From positions 3,296,001-3,360,000 of the forward strand of contig OY760937.1 in assembly GCA_963664225.1 (NCBI GenBank): a DNA stretch of 64,000 nucleotides, read 5' to 3'. This stretch comes from Verrucomicrobiia bacterium. GTDB taxonomy: Bacteria > Verrucomicrobiota > Verrucomicrobiia > Limisphaerales > UBA1319. Below the pieces are notes generated by a model. The model was not told the origin of the DNA and ran no database searches. It saw only the letters and a list, made by a program, of their open reading frames with translations. Below are positions 20,979-31,960 of the stretch, one piece after another (the first letter of the stretch is position 1; every line of letters starts with the position of its first letter). The translations under genes were made by a program, and so were the position numbers.

Positions 20979-22964
20979 TCAATGCGTGACGCTTTTGCCG
21001 GAGCGGAACTTCTCGATGGTGTAGGCGGCGGGGGAGGTTGTCTTGCGGCGGGGTTCGTCCCAGGTCTTCATTTCCTCGATGGATTCAAACAAGGCGATGC
21101 AGGCGGTATCGTAGTCCACGCCCGCCAGTTCAGAGACCAGGCGGGTGCTGCGGTCGATGAGCTTCTTGTTCGAGGCATCGACGTGAGCCATCCAGTTTCC
21201 GGTCAACCGACCCATCTTGCCCATGGTTGCGGAGGAGACATTGTTCAGAACGAGTTTGGCCCCGAGATGCGCAAAGAGCTGTAGCGGTGTTTCCGGAATA
21301 TCCACGTCCACATGGATCTGTCTGTCGTTCCAGCCTGATGGGGAAGTCCGGCCAATGACCAGGGCGGACCGTTGGTCGAAGGACGTCGTGGAGGATAGAA
21401 ATGCGCGATGCCAGGCGTTATCGGAACCGTCGTTCAACAGGGAGGCCTCACCGCCGATCAAGACTGCCGTGGCCGTGTTGGGTTTGACCTCCGTACGGGA
21501 CGCGTCCGGCTCGTTGCCGATGAGGTATGTGTTCAATCGCTCCCGGCCAATCTGTGGCGGATTGGCGATCAACTTCGCAGGGGCCTTGAGAGTGATGTAG
21601 GTATTCGTATTCCATTCCAGGCAGCGGGGCGCGTGCTCGAGCAGGCGCAGCCAAGCGGCCGGAGTGGGGCGCACGGGATCTTTCACAAACGCCCAGGAAG
21701 CAGGAGCCGCGGTTTCCAGCGTACTGCGGAACGGAGGGATTTTAAATGTTGGGGAACGCTCGGTGGTGTCCGTAAAAATATCCAGCAGGTAATCATTGGC
21801 AAAATAAGTGATGCGGCCCTTGTGCGTGTAAAGGTCGGTTTCATCATCCACCATCCGGGCCAGAGCAGCGATGTTCGGCTGCGTGCGGAGTTGCTGGAGC
21901 AGCGTTTGAAATTGCGCGAGCCGCTTTTCCGGCGTCAGGTCCGCGAGTCCCAATCCGGCGATTTGCGTCGGGGTGAGACGCGTCTTCAGGTGATCGGCCA
22001 GGGCCATCTCGAACGCCGTGCCCGCGACGAGCATTTCGATGGTCGTGGCCTGCATGCGTGTGGAACCCGCCACCGCCATAGGGCCGGTGCAGAGCACCAG
22101 CTTTGTCACCGCATCGTTTTCCACCACCTTGCGGCAGCGGTCCAGGTGGGAGGCGAGCAGATCCGCCGGATTGTTAAACAGGAAGAAGACGCGCGCCTTG
22201 GCATCGACGCCACGCCACACGGTGCCGATCACGGAAGAGGTTTCGCCGCCCTCGGAGATCGCGATGAGCACGTCCCCTTTTCGGATGCCGGCCTGCTTGA
22301 CCTGGTGATAGCCAAAGTCGCTGAAATCCTCGAACATCTCGACTGAGCGGACCAGGGCGAAGTCACCCCCGGTCATCACCGCCGAAGTGCGTTCCGCCAT
22401 GTCTCCGCAAACGGCTCTGAGCGCGGGTTGCTTCTCGAAGGTTTCGCGCCAGAAACGACGGTTCGCCGCATCGAGCAGAATCGCGAGCCGGCCCGTCGCG
22501 CCGCAGCCGCTGAAATAAATTTTGCGTTTCCTGTCCAACGCCGTCTTGATGGCGGCGCGCATTTGGGCGAATTCCTTCCCCGCGAACACCTGGGCGGTTA
22601 CTGGAGGGATATCGTCATCCACACTCAGCAACATGCTGACCGCTTGCGCGGTGTTGGTCTGCAAGGCCTGGGACAATCCGCGTGTTTTGGGATGCGACTG
22701 TTCGGTGGGCAGATATCCCAGGTGGAACTGCGTTTCATCCTTGATGAAATGCAGGGCCTGTTCGCGCGGCGTCTCGGTTCGCTGGCCCAGTCCGTTGGTG
22801 CACCAAAGCAGGTTGGCCGCCAAAAGACAACCCGCCAGCCATTGAATTGGCGCGCTCCGCCGAATGCGTGACGCCCCGCCGACGAGGGAACCCAGGTTAT
22901 GTGTGTCGCTCATGATGAGCCGCATTGTGTCACAATCGAGTGGAACATCAATCATGCTCATCAC
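20979..22964 (-). CDS. MurQ/glucokinase-regulator-like SIS-domain protein, extended and possibly exported (start may be 22913)
   Basis: TEQSHP, GCGATGRL, GGDFAL..SVEMFED, GSTRMQA and KLVLN...NWMAHVDASNKKLIDR. Confidence 0.75.
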   Translation of the reverse strand: MMSMIDVPLDCDTMRLIMSDTHNLGSLVGGASRIRRSAPIQWLAGCLLAANLLWCTNGLGQRTETPREQALHFIKDETQFHLGYLPTEQSHPKTRGLSQALQTNTAQAVSMLLSVDDDIPPVTAQVFAGKEFAQMRAAIKTALDRKRKIYFSGCGATGRLAILLDAANRRFWRETFEKQPALRAVCGDMAERTSAVMTGGDFALVRSVEMFEDFSDFGYHQVKQAGIRKGDVLIAISEGGETSSVIGTVWRGVDAKARVFFLFNNPADLLASHLDRCRKVVENDAVTKLVLCTGPMAVAGSTRMQATTIEMLVAGTAFEMALADHLKTRLTPTQIAGLGLADLTPEKRLAQFQTLLQQLRTQPNIAALARMVDDETDLYTHKGRITYFANDYLLDIFTDTTERSPTFKIPPFRSTLETAAPASWAFVKDPVRPTPAAWLRLLEHAPRCLEWNTNTYITLKAPAKLIANPPQIGRERLNTYLIGNEPDASRTEVKPNTATAVLIGGEASLLNDGSDNAWHRAFLSSTTSFDQRSALVIGRTSPSGWNDRQIHVDVDIPETPLQLFAHLGAKLVLNNVSSATMGKMGRLTGNWMAHVDASNKKLIDRSTRLVSELAGVDYDTACIALFESIEEMKTWDEPRRKTTSPAAYTIEKFRSGKSVTH

Positions 22965-23923
22965 TACTGTGGTCCGATGTAGGCCGAGGTGCGGTCCCGC
23001 ATCCAGAGCCAGTCACGCCGATCCATTTCGTTCACGATCACTTTGCGATTGCCGAGTTTGGCGGCCGGGTCCAGCCACTTGTGGCTCTCGGAATGCCCAT
23101 CGGCAAAAGCAAAGCCGCATCCGCCATTGTGGTAGGTTCCCGGGCCATCGATCCACTTCGCATCGACCATTCCGAACGCGAAGGCGGCGTCGTTAAGCCC
23201 GGAATCGTCCTCATCCACCAGCACCCAAAGCTTGGATGGACCGGGCGCGCCGATGTTTGAGAGTTTGCCATAGGTCGCCCAGGGGGAGTCGTGGAGGTTG
23301 CTGTAATTGTTGTTCAACCAGGGGCCATTCACAGGCACCGAGGGCACTCCCGAGTGCGGCGGAAAAGCATCGTTGATTCTTTTCGTGCCGACGGCAAATC
23401 CAGGACATACCGTCCCCACCGCCTGATTCATGGAGAACGTGCGCACGGCCGATATCTTCATACCCTTCATCGCGGGATCGTCCCCTTGATAATAGCCCGT
23501 TCGTTTGTCTCCCGGACAATGAAACAGGGAAACTTTTCGTTCGATATACAAGGCCAGCAGGCTGCGTGTTGGATCTTTGAGCAAATCCGGATTGAACTCC
23601 GCCGGCCCATTGCGCCCGGCCACCCCGGAACACCAATTGTGCCCTGTCAACCGGGTCGCGTCATCGGGATTGGGCATGAGCAAGTCGTGAAAATCGGTCG
23701 CGTAAAGAGTAACGGCGGTCATCATTTGCCTGCCATTGTTGAGACAATAGATTCCCTGGGCCTTCTGCTTGGAGCGCGACAGGCTGGGCAAGAGCAAGGA
23801 TGCGAGAATCCCTATGATGCTGATAGTCACCAGCAGCTCGATCAGCGTAAACGCCGGTGAGGCTTTGGATTTGAGAGGACAGCGAAGGCATGGTTTGAGG
23901 TGGGCTTGATTGAGTGACAGCAT
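22964..23923 (-). CDS. Prepilin-type N-terminal cleavage/methylation protein with H-X9-DG motif
   Basis: AFTLIELLVTISIIGILASLLLP; YHNGGCGFAFADGHSE. Confidence 0.92.
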   Translation of the reverse strand: MLSLNQAHLKPCLRCPLKSKASPAFTLIELLVTISIIGILASLLLPSLSRSKQKAQGIYCLNNGRQMMTAVTLYATDFHDLLMPNPDDATRLTGHNWCSGVAGRNGPAEFNPDLLKDPTRSLLALYIERKVSLFHCPGDKRTGYYQGDDPAMKGMKISAVRTFSMNQAVGTVCPGFAVGTKRINDAFPPHSGVPSVPVNGPWLNNNYSNLHDSPWATYGKLSNIGAPGPSKLWVLVDEDDSGLNDAAFAFGMVDAKWIDGPGTYHNGGCGFAFADGHSESHKWLDPAAKLGNRKVIVNEMDRRDWLWMRDRTSAYIGPQ

Positions 23924-24149
23924 AATAATCTGTTAATTTGGGCGATTAAAATTTCTGAACCCTGGTGAACCGCATCACACTCCTACAATGTGATCAACCC
24001 GACATAATGGACATAAAACAATGAGATTATATACCCAATGCTGATTATGATGCAAGAACAAACTATTGAAATGGGCATTTAAATGCGGTGTTGACACCAT
24101 GGGCTGCATGGCAAAAATGCAATTCAAACTTGTTTAATCACGAAATTTT

Positions 24150-25235
24150 ATGGCTATTCAAATACGCGATGCCGCGCAGTGCCGTTATGATGTCATGGCG
24201 CTGGGTGAATGCATGGTGCGCCTGGCTCCTCCGGGCCATGGACGGATCGAGTTTTCCAAGACGCTGGAAGTCGATGTGGGCGGCGGGGAGTTCAACGTGG
24301 CCTATGCGTGCGCGCGGTTGGGGCTGCGCGGCGGGTTCATCAGCAAGCTGCCGGATAATTATGTGGCGCGGATCATCCTCAATCACGGTCGTGCCGTGGG
24401 GGTGGACATGGCGCATGTGCGCATGGAGAAGTATGACGGGGTGGGACGCCAGAGCCGCGTGGGGCTGAACTTCACGGAAGTGGGCACGGGGGTGCGCGCC
24501 AGCGTGACGATGTACGATCGCGGTCATTCGTCGGCCAGCCAGATGCGTCCCGAGGATATCGACTGGCAGAAGGTTTTTGACGCAGAAGGTTGCCGCTGGT
24601 TGCACACGGGGGGCATCTTCACGGCGTTGTCGGATGATTGCGCGGCGACGGTCAAGGCGGCGGCCCAAGCGGCGAAAAAGGCCGGAACCATCGTGAGCTA
24701 CGATCTTAATTTCAGGGGCAAACTATGGACCAGCGAGAAGGCCATTGCCGTGACAAAGGACATAGCGCCCCTGGTGGATGTGCTGATCGGCAACGAAGAG
24801 GATTTTCAGAAGGTGCTGGGATTCCAGGTGGAGGGAGTGGACGACAACCTCTCCGCGCTGCCCATCGATAACTACAAGCGGATGGTCGAGCGCGTGGTGG
24901 CGAAGTTTCCCAATGTGAAGGCGGTTTGCACGACGTTGCGGGAGGTCAAGAGCGGCCTGGTGAACAACTGGTCAGGCATTCTTTGGTATGACGGCGCGTT
25001 TTACGAGGCGCGCAAATTCGAGAATCTCGAGATCGAGGATCGTGTGGGCGGCGGCGACGGTTTTTCGAGCGGCATCGCCTACGGGTTCACCACGGGGATG
25101 AAACCGCAGGACATTGTGAATTTCGGCGCGGCGCACGGGGCCCTGCTCCAGTCGACCCGGGGCGACACTTCGCAGGTGACGCTGGATGAAGTGCGGCATG
25201 TGATGAAAGGCGGCAGCGCGCGGATTCAGCGTTGA
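24150..25235 (+). CDS. kdgK: PfkB-family sugar kinase (2-keto-3-deoxygluconate kinase-like)
   Basis: GECMVRL, GGGEFNVA, SYDLNFR, GNEED and DRVGGGDGF. Confidence 0.8.
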   Translation: MAIQIRDAAQCRYDVMALGECMVRLAPPGHGRIEFSKTLEVDVGGGEFNVAYACARLGLRGGFISKLPDNYVARIILNHGRAVGVDMAHVRMEKYDGVGRQSRVGLNFTEVGTGVRASVTMYDRGHSSASQMRPEDIDWQKVFDAEGCRWLHTGGIFTALSDDCAATVKAAAQAAKKAGTIVSYDLNFRGKLWTSEKAIAVTKDIAPLVDVLIGNEEDFQKVLGFQVEGVDDNLSALPIDNYKRMVERVVAKFPNVKAVCTTLREVKSGLVNNWSGILWYDGAFYEARKFENLEIEDRVGGGDGFSSGIAYGFTTGMKPQDIVNFGAAHGALLQSTRGDTSQVTLDEVRHVMKGGSARIQR

Positions 25236-25269
25236 GAAAACGGGGGGACTCCGGGTTCGGTAAAATCGC

Positions 25270-25306
25270 AAAGGCGGACATGGTTTTTAGCCAGTCCGCC
25301 TTTTTT
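25270..25306 (+). terminator. Rho-independent terminator, possibly bidirectional
   Basis: aaggcggac...gtccgcctttttt between convergent genes. Confidence 0.75.
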
Positions 25307-25332
25307 GCGCAATTCAGTTTGGAGCGACTTGA

Positions 25333-26613
25333 TCAGGGAGCAACGCGGATCCTGTAGAAGCGCTGGGTCAGGTTGGTTGTGCCGGGATCGACAACAGCAA
25401 TGGTCTTAGTCGAAAAGCTGAATACATTGGTGGCCAGCGGATACCATGTGGAAAAATTCCTGGTCCATTCGACCACGCAATCGCGGCCCGGCGGACCGCT
25501 GGCTTTGACCAGGGTTTCATTGTTGGTCATGTAGCTGACATTGCCCAGGGCGGTGCTCAGATCGCGCACATAGTAGGCGCGGTAAAAACGCAGGTTTAAA
25601 TACACAGAGGTCGGGTCCTTGAAATCGTAATTCAGACTGACAAAATCGTTGGTCAAAATCGGGTACCAACTGGACATGTTCCACGCGGCCTCGACGATGA
25701 AACCGTGGCTGGGCCAGCCACTGGCGCGCAGAGTCTGGCGCCCGGCGGAATCCGGTCGTCCGGCGCTGAGCAGCAGCACAGGCGCGGAGGCTGTCCGGAC
25801 GCGGTACGCCGGGGTTTCAGCGCGCGGCGTGGCATCCTGAATGGTCAACGGTTCTCCGGAGAAGATGAATTGCCGCACTGTCTCCCAATTGGTCTGGCCG
25901 GTGGCCACCTCGAGCACGGCGCCGCCATAGACGGGGCCTTGGAGTTTGAGGGAGTGTGTTCCATCTCCGTTGGGCGTTGTGGCCAGAATTTGCAACGGGG
26001 TGTCCGGTGCGGCTATGGCGCGCGCGGCAAAATTCGCCGGCGGGTTTCCCTCAAAGGAAAACAGTTGCCAACCTGTGGATGTGTTCATCCAGAAATCGTC
26101 ATAGCTTGAACCGACCGTAGGGGCTTCGTAATGGTTGATCCCGGCCCGGTCGTTGTAAGCGCCGGAGAGGCCGCCGAATTTGACGGTCCAAGTGATGGAA
26201 TTGGAAACGGCAATCGACAGGTTTTTCAAGGCCAGGACATTGTAGCCAGGAAAAATCCGCAGCGGGGCGCTTTGATAGAGGAGGGTGCCCGGCGGCGAAA
26301 AATCACCTGTGGGATAGGGGTTAAAGCCGTCATTATCATAGAGGCGCACGATGACGGTGGCCTCCTTTTCGGGCACAAAATCACCCAGGTATTCTAATTG
26401 AAATTCGGTCAGGGTGCGCGCCGTGCCGCCCAACGCAATTTCATCTCCGTATTCGAGCGGGGAGGGAAAGAAGAGATTGTTATAGGTATTGGCCGTGTTG
26501 TCGTAAACGACTTCATCGGCGCGGAGGGCGGAGGCAAGGCCCAGGCTCAGGCAGGTCGTAAGAGCCAGCGGGCCTGGCAGGGCGGCCCGGCACAATTCAA
26601 GAAAATGTTTCAT
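25333..26613 (-). CDS. Secreted protein with three tandem C-terminal 'W..RFYR'-type repeats
   Basis: Signal MKHFLELC...ALRA; repeats VLEVATGQTNW...AYRVR, IVEAAWNMSSW...RFYRA and VVEWTRNFSTW...RFYRI. Confidence 0.7.
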   Translation of the reverse strand: MKHFLELCRAALPGPLALTTCLSLGLASALRADEVVYDNTANTYNNLFFPSPLEYGDEIALGGTARTLTEFQLEYLGDFVPEKEATVIVRLYDNDGFNPYPTGDFSPPGTLLYQSAPLRIFPGYNVLALKNLSIAVSNSITWTVKFGGLSGAYNDRAGINHYEAPTVGSSYDDFWMNTSTGWQLFSFEGNPPANFAARAIAAPDTPLQILATTPNGDGTHSLKLQGPVYGGAVLEVATGQTNWETVRQFIFSGEPLTIQDATPRAETPAYRVRTASAPVLLLSAGRPDSAGRQTLRASGWPSHGFIVEAAWNMSSWYPILTNDFVSLNYDFKDPTSVYLNLRFYRAYYVRDLSTALGNVSYMTNNETLVKASGPPGRDCVVEWTRNFSTWYPLATNVFSFSTKTIAVVDPGTTNLTQRFYRIRVAP

Positions 26614-27359
26614 GGTGATTTCGGAGTTGAAAGTCGCGGGCATGCGGATGATTTGCCCAGGCACAGGGTTTTGCGGTTCGACACGCGGAGGGGGCCTTGT
26701 GAACACAGGGCTGACCGAGCCCTTCCATTCTCATTTTTACTCTGGCGCAGAACCGGCACATGATAGAACACAATTTGAAACCGTCCAAGGCGCAGCCAGT
26801 CGCACCCCTAAAATCCGGCCACTCCCCCCGCGGGCACTTCAACATTCCAGTGACTGCGGTTATTGGCGTCTCAGGTGTTATAGCATCACGAACGCCTTCA
26901 GACATGCAAGCACGAAAGTCCAAAAAACCAGCTTTTGTAATGAATCTTTCCTGTGCCAAGATATGCCAAGAATTGGCCAATGGACGTGGAGTCATCCACG
27001 GATCAACATGGTAGTCTGACGCTGACAGCACATCATGTATTCTGACCCATCCATATTGGATTCAGGGCGGAAGAACCCGTTTATCGGGGGTTCAAAGGGG
27101 CGGCGGCATGCCATAACACGGGTCGGGGTCCGCAATGCGGTCCGGGCCGAACGGGAGGAGCGGGGTGAAGGACCCCGGTTTCTCGGGCGACATTCCAAGG
27201 GTATAAGTCATTTGAGTGGAACGTATTGCAACTATTTAAACTTTAGGCTTGGCAGGGTGGCAATGGGCATTAGAGAATATGATTCCGAAGCCCTGTTAAT
27301 AGCTTTTTTTAGTAACATTAAACAAAATTGTTTGCAGTCAATTAAGTAAAGGAATCACA

Positions 27360-30134
27360 ATGTCATCGGTACCCTTGTTTTCTCGTCCCGCGACCCTCCC
27401 CGGCGCTGGTGTGGCGGATCCAGCCCACGATGTGCTCCGCGGCGACCAACGCGGACCTCTGGATTGCATATTCTCCCCTAAAAATGTCGCCGTGATTGGC
27501 GCCACCGAAAAACCCGGCAGCGTGGGGCGCACGGTGCTGTGGAACCTCATGAGCACGCCGTTTGGCGGCGCGGTGTTCCCGGTCAACCCCACCCGGCCCA
27601 GCGTTCTTGGCATCAAGGCCTACAACAAAATTTCCGCAATCCCCGAGAAGGTGGATCTGGCGGTCATCACGACCCCTGCGGCCACCGTCCCGGGCATCAT
27701 CGCCGAGTGCGTTGAAGCGGGGATCAAGGGCGCGGTCATCATTTCCGCCGGGTTCAAGGAAACAGGGCCGGCCGGTGTGGAATTGGAGCGGCAGATCCTG
27801 GAGCATGCGCGCCGGGGTAACATGCGGATCATCGGCCCGAACTGTCTGGGCGTAATGAACCCGATCAGCGGCGTCAACGCGACCTTCGCCTCCACAATGG
27901 CGCGTCGCGGCAATGTCGCGTTTCTGAGCCAGAGCGGCGCGTTGTGCACTGCGGTGCTGGATTGGAGCTTGCGCGAAATGGTCGGTTTCAGCGCGTTCAT
28001 GTCCATCGGCTCGATGCTGGATGTGGGCTGGGGCGATTTGATCAGCTACTTGGGCAACGATCCCCATACCAAGAGCATTGTGATTTACATGGAAACGATC
28101 GGCGACGCCCGGTCGTTCCTGTCTGCCGCCCGCGAGGTGGCGCTGACCAAGCCGATCATTGTGATCAAGCCGGGCCGGACCGAGGGCGCCGCGCGCGCCG
28201 CCGCGTCCCACACCGGTTCACTGACCGGGAGCGATGACGTGCTGGAAGCGGCGTTCAAGCGTTGCGGAGTGCTGCGCGTGAACAATATTTCCGACCTGTT
28301 CTACATGGCTGAAGTGCTGGCCAAGCAACCGCGCTGCAAAGGCAACCGGCTGACGATGATCACCAACGCCGGCGGTCCCGGCGTGCTGGCCACGGACGCC
28401 CTGATTTCCAATGGCGGGCAACTGGCCGACATCTCCAAGGAGACCATCGAGGCGTTGAACAAGATCCTGCCCGGCGCCTGGAGCCATAACAACCCGATCG
28501 ACGTGCTGGGAGATGCGGGCGCGGATACCTACGCCAAGACGCTGGAAATCGCGGGTCGCGATCCCAACAGCGATGGTTTGCTGGTAATTTTGACGCCGCA
28601 GGCGATGACCGATGCGACGGCGACGGCGGAGAAACTCAAGGCCTTCGGCAAGATTGAAGGCAAGCCGGTGCTGGCCAGTTGGATGGGCGGCAACGATGTG
28701 GCCGCGGGCGAGGCGATCCTCAACCGTGCGGACATTCCGACATTCCCTTATCCGGACACCGCCGCGCGTGTCTTCGACGCCATGTGGCGTTACAGCGACA
28801 ATTTGCGGGCCCTGTATGAGACGCCTGAGTCTGCGGCGGACGTCGCGGAAACAGTCGTTGGCCGGGCCAAGGCCAAGGCCATCATCGACCAGGTGCGCAA
28901 GGAAGGCCGGACGATCCTGACCGAGTTCGAGTCCAAGGAATTGCTCAAGACCTACGGGATTCCGACCGTGATCACCGAAGTCGCCAAGAGCGATGCGGAA
29001 GCGGTGAAACTGGCGAACGAGATTGGCTATCCCTCGGTGTTGAAGCTTTTCTCGGAAACCATCACGCACAAGACGGATGTGGGCGGCGTGCTGTTGAACC
29101 TCAAGAATGCCGAGGAAGTCAAGAACGGGTTCAACCAGATCAAGGAATCGGTGACCAAGAAGGTGGGCGCCCAGCATTTCCAGGGTGTGACGGTCCAGAA
29201 AATGATCAAGCTCGGTGACGGTTACGAGATCATCCTGGGCAGCAGCATCGATCCGCAGTTTGGGCCGGTACTCCTGTTCGGCATGGGCGGGCAACTGGTG
29301 GAAATCTTCAAGGACAAGGCGCTGGGCCTGCCTCCGTTGAATACCACGCTGGCGCGCCGCATGATCGAGCAGACGAAGATCTTCACCGCTCTCAAGGGTG
29401 TTCGCGGACGCGGTTCCGTGGATATCAAGGCGCTGGAGAATTTGATGGTCGGGTTCAGCCAGTTGGTGGCCGAGCAGACCTACATCAAGGAAATCGACAT
29501 CAACCCGTTGTTCGCCTCGGCGGACGACCTGGTGGCGCTGGATGCGCGCGTGATTCTGCATGAGGCCTCCGTGACGGAAGACAAGCTGCCGAAGCTGGCG
29601 ATCCGTCCGTACCCCACGCAGTACGTCTCGAGCTCGAAGCTCAAGGATGGCACGCCGATCACGATCCGCCCGATTCGTCCCGAGGACGAGCCGATGCTGG
29701 TGAAATTCCACGAAGGACTCACGGATCGCAGCGTTTACATGCGCTACTTCCAGAAGCTGAACCTGAACGACCGCATTGCGCATGATCGCCTGATGCACAT
29801 CTGCTTCAACGACTACGATCGCGAAATCGCATTGGTGGCGGAGAAGAAAAATGGCGGCCAGAACGAGATTCTGGGCGTCGGCCGCATGAGCAAGGTCTTC
29901 GGTCGCAACAAGGGCGAATTCGCCATGGTCATCAGCGACAAGTATCAGAAGCAGGGCCTGGGCACGCAACTGGTGCAGAAGCTCACGCAGGTGGCTCGCA
30001 CCGAGAAGCTCAGTTCGCTGTCCGCCGACATGCTCTCCGAGAACGAAGAGATGAAGCACCTTTGCCAGAAGGCGGGATTCAAGGTGGAGGCCAAAGCCGG
30101 TTCTCCGCTGGTCCGTGCCGAACTGGCTTTGTAA
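27360..30134 (+). CDS. ADP-forming acyl-CoA ligase (alpha+beta) fused to a C-terminal GNAT (Pat/AcdAB-like)
   Basis: [65 protein letters not shown] motif QKQGLGT. Confidence 0.92.
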   Translation: MSSVPLFSRPATLPGAGVADPAHDVLRGDQRGPLDCIFSPKNVAVIGATEKPGSVGRTVLWNLMSTPFGGAVFPVNPTRPSVLGIKAYNKISAIPEKVDLAVITTPAATVPGIIAECVEAGIKGAVIISAGFKETGPAGVELERQILEHARRGNMRIIGPNCLGVMNPISGVNATFASTMARRGNVAFLSQSGALCTAVLDWSLREMVGFSAFMSIGSMLDVGWGDLISYLGNDPHTKSIVIYMETIGDARSFLSAAREVALTKPIIVIKPGRTEGAARAAASHTGSLTGSDDVLEAAFKRCGVLRVNNISDLFYMAEVLAKQPRCKGNRLTMITNAGGPGVLATDALISNGGQLADISKETIEALNKILPGAWSHNNPIDVLGDAGADTYAKTLEIAGRDPNSDGLLVILTPQAMTDATATAEKLKAFGKIEGKPVLASWMGGNDVAAGEAILNRADIPTFPYPDTAARVFDAMWRYSDNLRALYETPESAADVAETVVGRAKAKAIIDQVRKEGRTILTEFESKELLKTYGIPTVITEVAKSDAEAVKLANEIGYPSVLKLFSETITHKTDVGGVLLNLKNAEEVKNGFNQIKESVTKKVGAQHFQGVTVQKMIKLGDGYEIILGSSIDPQFGPVLLFGMGGQLVEIFKDKALGLPPLNTTLARRMIEQTKIFTALKGVRGRGSVDIKALENLMVGFSQLVAEQTYIKEIDINPLFASADDLVALDARVILHEASVTEDKLPKLAIRPYPTQYVSSSKLKDGTPITIRPIRPEDEPMLVKFHEGLTDRSVYMRYFQKLNLNDRIAHDRLMHICFNDYDREIALVAEKKNGGQNEILGVGRMSKVFGRNKGEFAMVISDKYQKQGLGTQLVQKLTQVARTEKLSSLSADMLSENEEMKHLCQKAGFKVEAKAGSPLVRAELAL

Positions 30135-30308
30135 GCCGTAAAAACAATGGGTCGCGCAAGCGGCCCTTAATCCGATGCTGATAGGAAAAAATTTATGATT
30201 CAGCGCCAAACCGCCAGGCGGCGTGTCAAGCCGCCTGGCGGGTAGCTAAAAGAACATCGCGTCGAAGAACCCCGGGGAGCGAGTATCCCTGGCGCCCCGG
30301 AGGTTCCC

Positions 30309-31037
30309 ATGAATGACTCGGTGCGCGCCACGCGTCCGGAATGGGACAGGACTCCCGGATTCGCTGAGGCGTTAAGTGTCCTCCCAGGCTGTGAAGGCCT
30401 GCGAAGCTGCATCCAGTGCGGCACCTGCTCGGGCGTCTGCCCGGTGGCGGCGCACATGGATTACTCCCCCCGCCAACTGATCGAACTGGCCCGGTCCGAC
30501 TTCAAAAACAGGGTCTTGAGCAGCCGTTCCATCTGGCTTTGCGCCTCCTGCTACGCCTGCACCACGGCCTGTCCCCGCGAGATTCGAATCACGGATATTC
30601 TTTACACCCTCAAGCAATGGGCCATTCGCGAGGAAGTGCATCCACGCCGATTCACCGTACCGGTGCTGGCGCGTGAATTTTCGAGCATGGTGCATGCGCG
30701 AGGGCGGGTGACGGAGAACTTTCTGGCTTCGCTGGTTTTCTTCAAAACGAACTGGCTGGCCGCCCTTGGGATGTGGCGGCTGGGGTTGGGCCTCCTGAAG
30801 CGGGGACGATTCCCGCTGAAATTGGAAGCCATCAAGGACCGGGAATCGTTGAGGCGGATGTTGGATACCGCCCATGCCATGGAGTTAAAGGCAGGCGAGT
30901 CCGCAACCGTGCGGCGGGAAGGAACGCCGGGTGAGGGCACCCGGCCTACAGTGGGGGAGCGCAAGGAGGGGACGCTGGGTAGGGGTAGCCGGCCGACAGG
31001 GGACAAATACACGCCTAAGGAGGATCACGAGTCATGA
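30309..31037 (+). CDS. hdrC: Heterodisulfide reductase subunit C-like
   Basis: CIQCGTCSGVCP and IWLCASCYACTTACP 4Fe-4S motifs. Confidence 0.9.
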   Translation: MNDSVRATRPEWDRTPGFAEALSVLPGCEGLRSCIQCGTCSGVCPVAAHMDYSPRQLIELARSDFKNRVLSSRSIWLCASCYACTTACPREIRITDILYTLKQWAIREEVHPRRFTVPVLAREFSSMVHARGRVTENFLASLVFFKTNWLAALGMWRLGLGLLKRGRFPLKLEAIKDRESLRRMLDTAHAMELKAGESATVRREGTPGEGTRPTVGERKEGTLGRGSRPTGDKYTPKEDHES

Positions 31038-31960
31038 AAATCTCCTATTTTCCCGGTTGTTCGCTGAAAGGCACCGGCCGTGCTTACGAGGAGTCGCTCA
31101 TTCCGGTGCTCAGGATTCTGGGCGTCGAGTTGGAGGAATTGGAGGACTGGAACTGCTGCGGCGCCACGGCCTACCTGGCAGTGGATGAAATGAAGGCGTG
31201 CGTTCTGGCCGCGCGCAACCTGGCCCTGGCGGAGAAGGTCGGCGCGGAATCGCTGCTGGCCCCTTGCAGCGCCTGCTATCTGGGATTGAACAAAACGCAG
31301 CATTATTTGCGCGAGGTGCCCTCCATCGAAAAGGTGACGCGGGCCGCCCTCAAGGACGCCGGCTTGAGCTTCCACGATAATCTACGCGTGATTCATCCGC
31401 TGGACCTGATCGTCAACACCCTCGGTTTGGAGGCGGTCAAGAAATGTGTGCGCCAGCCGCTGACACAGGTGAAAGTCGCGCCCTACTACGGGTGCCAGAT
31501 TGTCCGGCCTTACTCGACTTTTGACGACGCGTACGATCCGACGACAATGGACCGGTTGCTGGAGGCGCTGGGCGCCACGGTGGTGCATTATCCGCTCAAG
31601 ACGCGGTGTTGCGGCAGCAGCCTGACGGGCGTTCTGCCGGAGGCGGGACTGGACTGCGCGCGCCTGCTGCTGGAAGAGGCGCTGCGGCGCGGGGCCAACG
31701 TAATCTCGACGGTCTGTCCGCTCTGCCAGTTCAACTTGGACGGATATCACCATCAAATCACAGCGCAGTGGGGGCCGTCGAAAATTCCCACGGTCTATTT
31801 CACACAACTAATGGGGCTGGCCTTTGGGCTGGGTCCGAAGCAATTGGGGCTGCACCGGGGATTCATTCCCATGCAGGAAACGCCCGCGGCGACGGGATTA
31901 CCGGGCGAGAGCACAGCCCGCGAGGAAGCCCATAAGGAAGCCCATGAACTCCGATCCTAA
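31034..31960 (+). CDS. hdrB: Heterodisulfide reductase subunit B
   Basis: YFPGC, DWNCCG, APCSAC, YYGC, CCG and CPLCQFNLD (two CCG domains). Confidence 0.93.
   Translation: MKISYFPGCSLKGTGRAYEESLIPVLRILGVELEELEDWNCCGATAYLAVDEMKACVLAARNLALAEKVGAESLLAPCSACYLGLNKTQHYLREVPSIEKVTRAALKDAGLSFHDNLRVIHPLDLIVNTLGLEAVKKCVRQPLTQVKVAPYYGCQIVRPYSTFDDAYDPTTMDRLLEALGATVVHYPLKTRCCGSSLTGVLPEAGLDCARLLLEEALRRGANVISTVCPLCQFNLDGYHHQITAQWGPSKIPTVYFTQLMGLAFGLGPKQLGLHRGFIPMQETPAATGLPGESTAREEAHKEAHELRS

Noticed and set aside
26614..27359. ncRNA, riboswitch or ORF in the long divergent intergenic region (also 12473-12843)
   Set aside because: No recognisable RNA motif or credible ORF; an Rfam scan would be needed
28218..30209. 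Long antisense ORFs (also 34731-36902, 40690-42048, 51347-52669, 55515-56465)
   Set aside because: Shadow frames of well-supported genes with strong GC3 bias; no recognisable motifs
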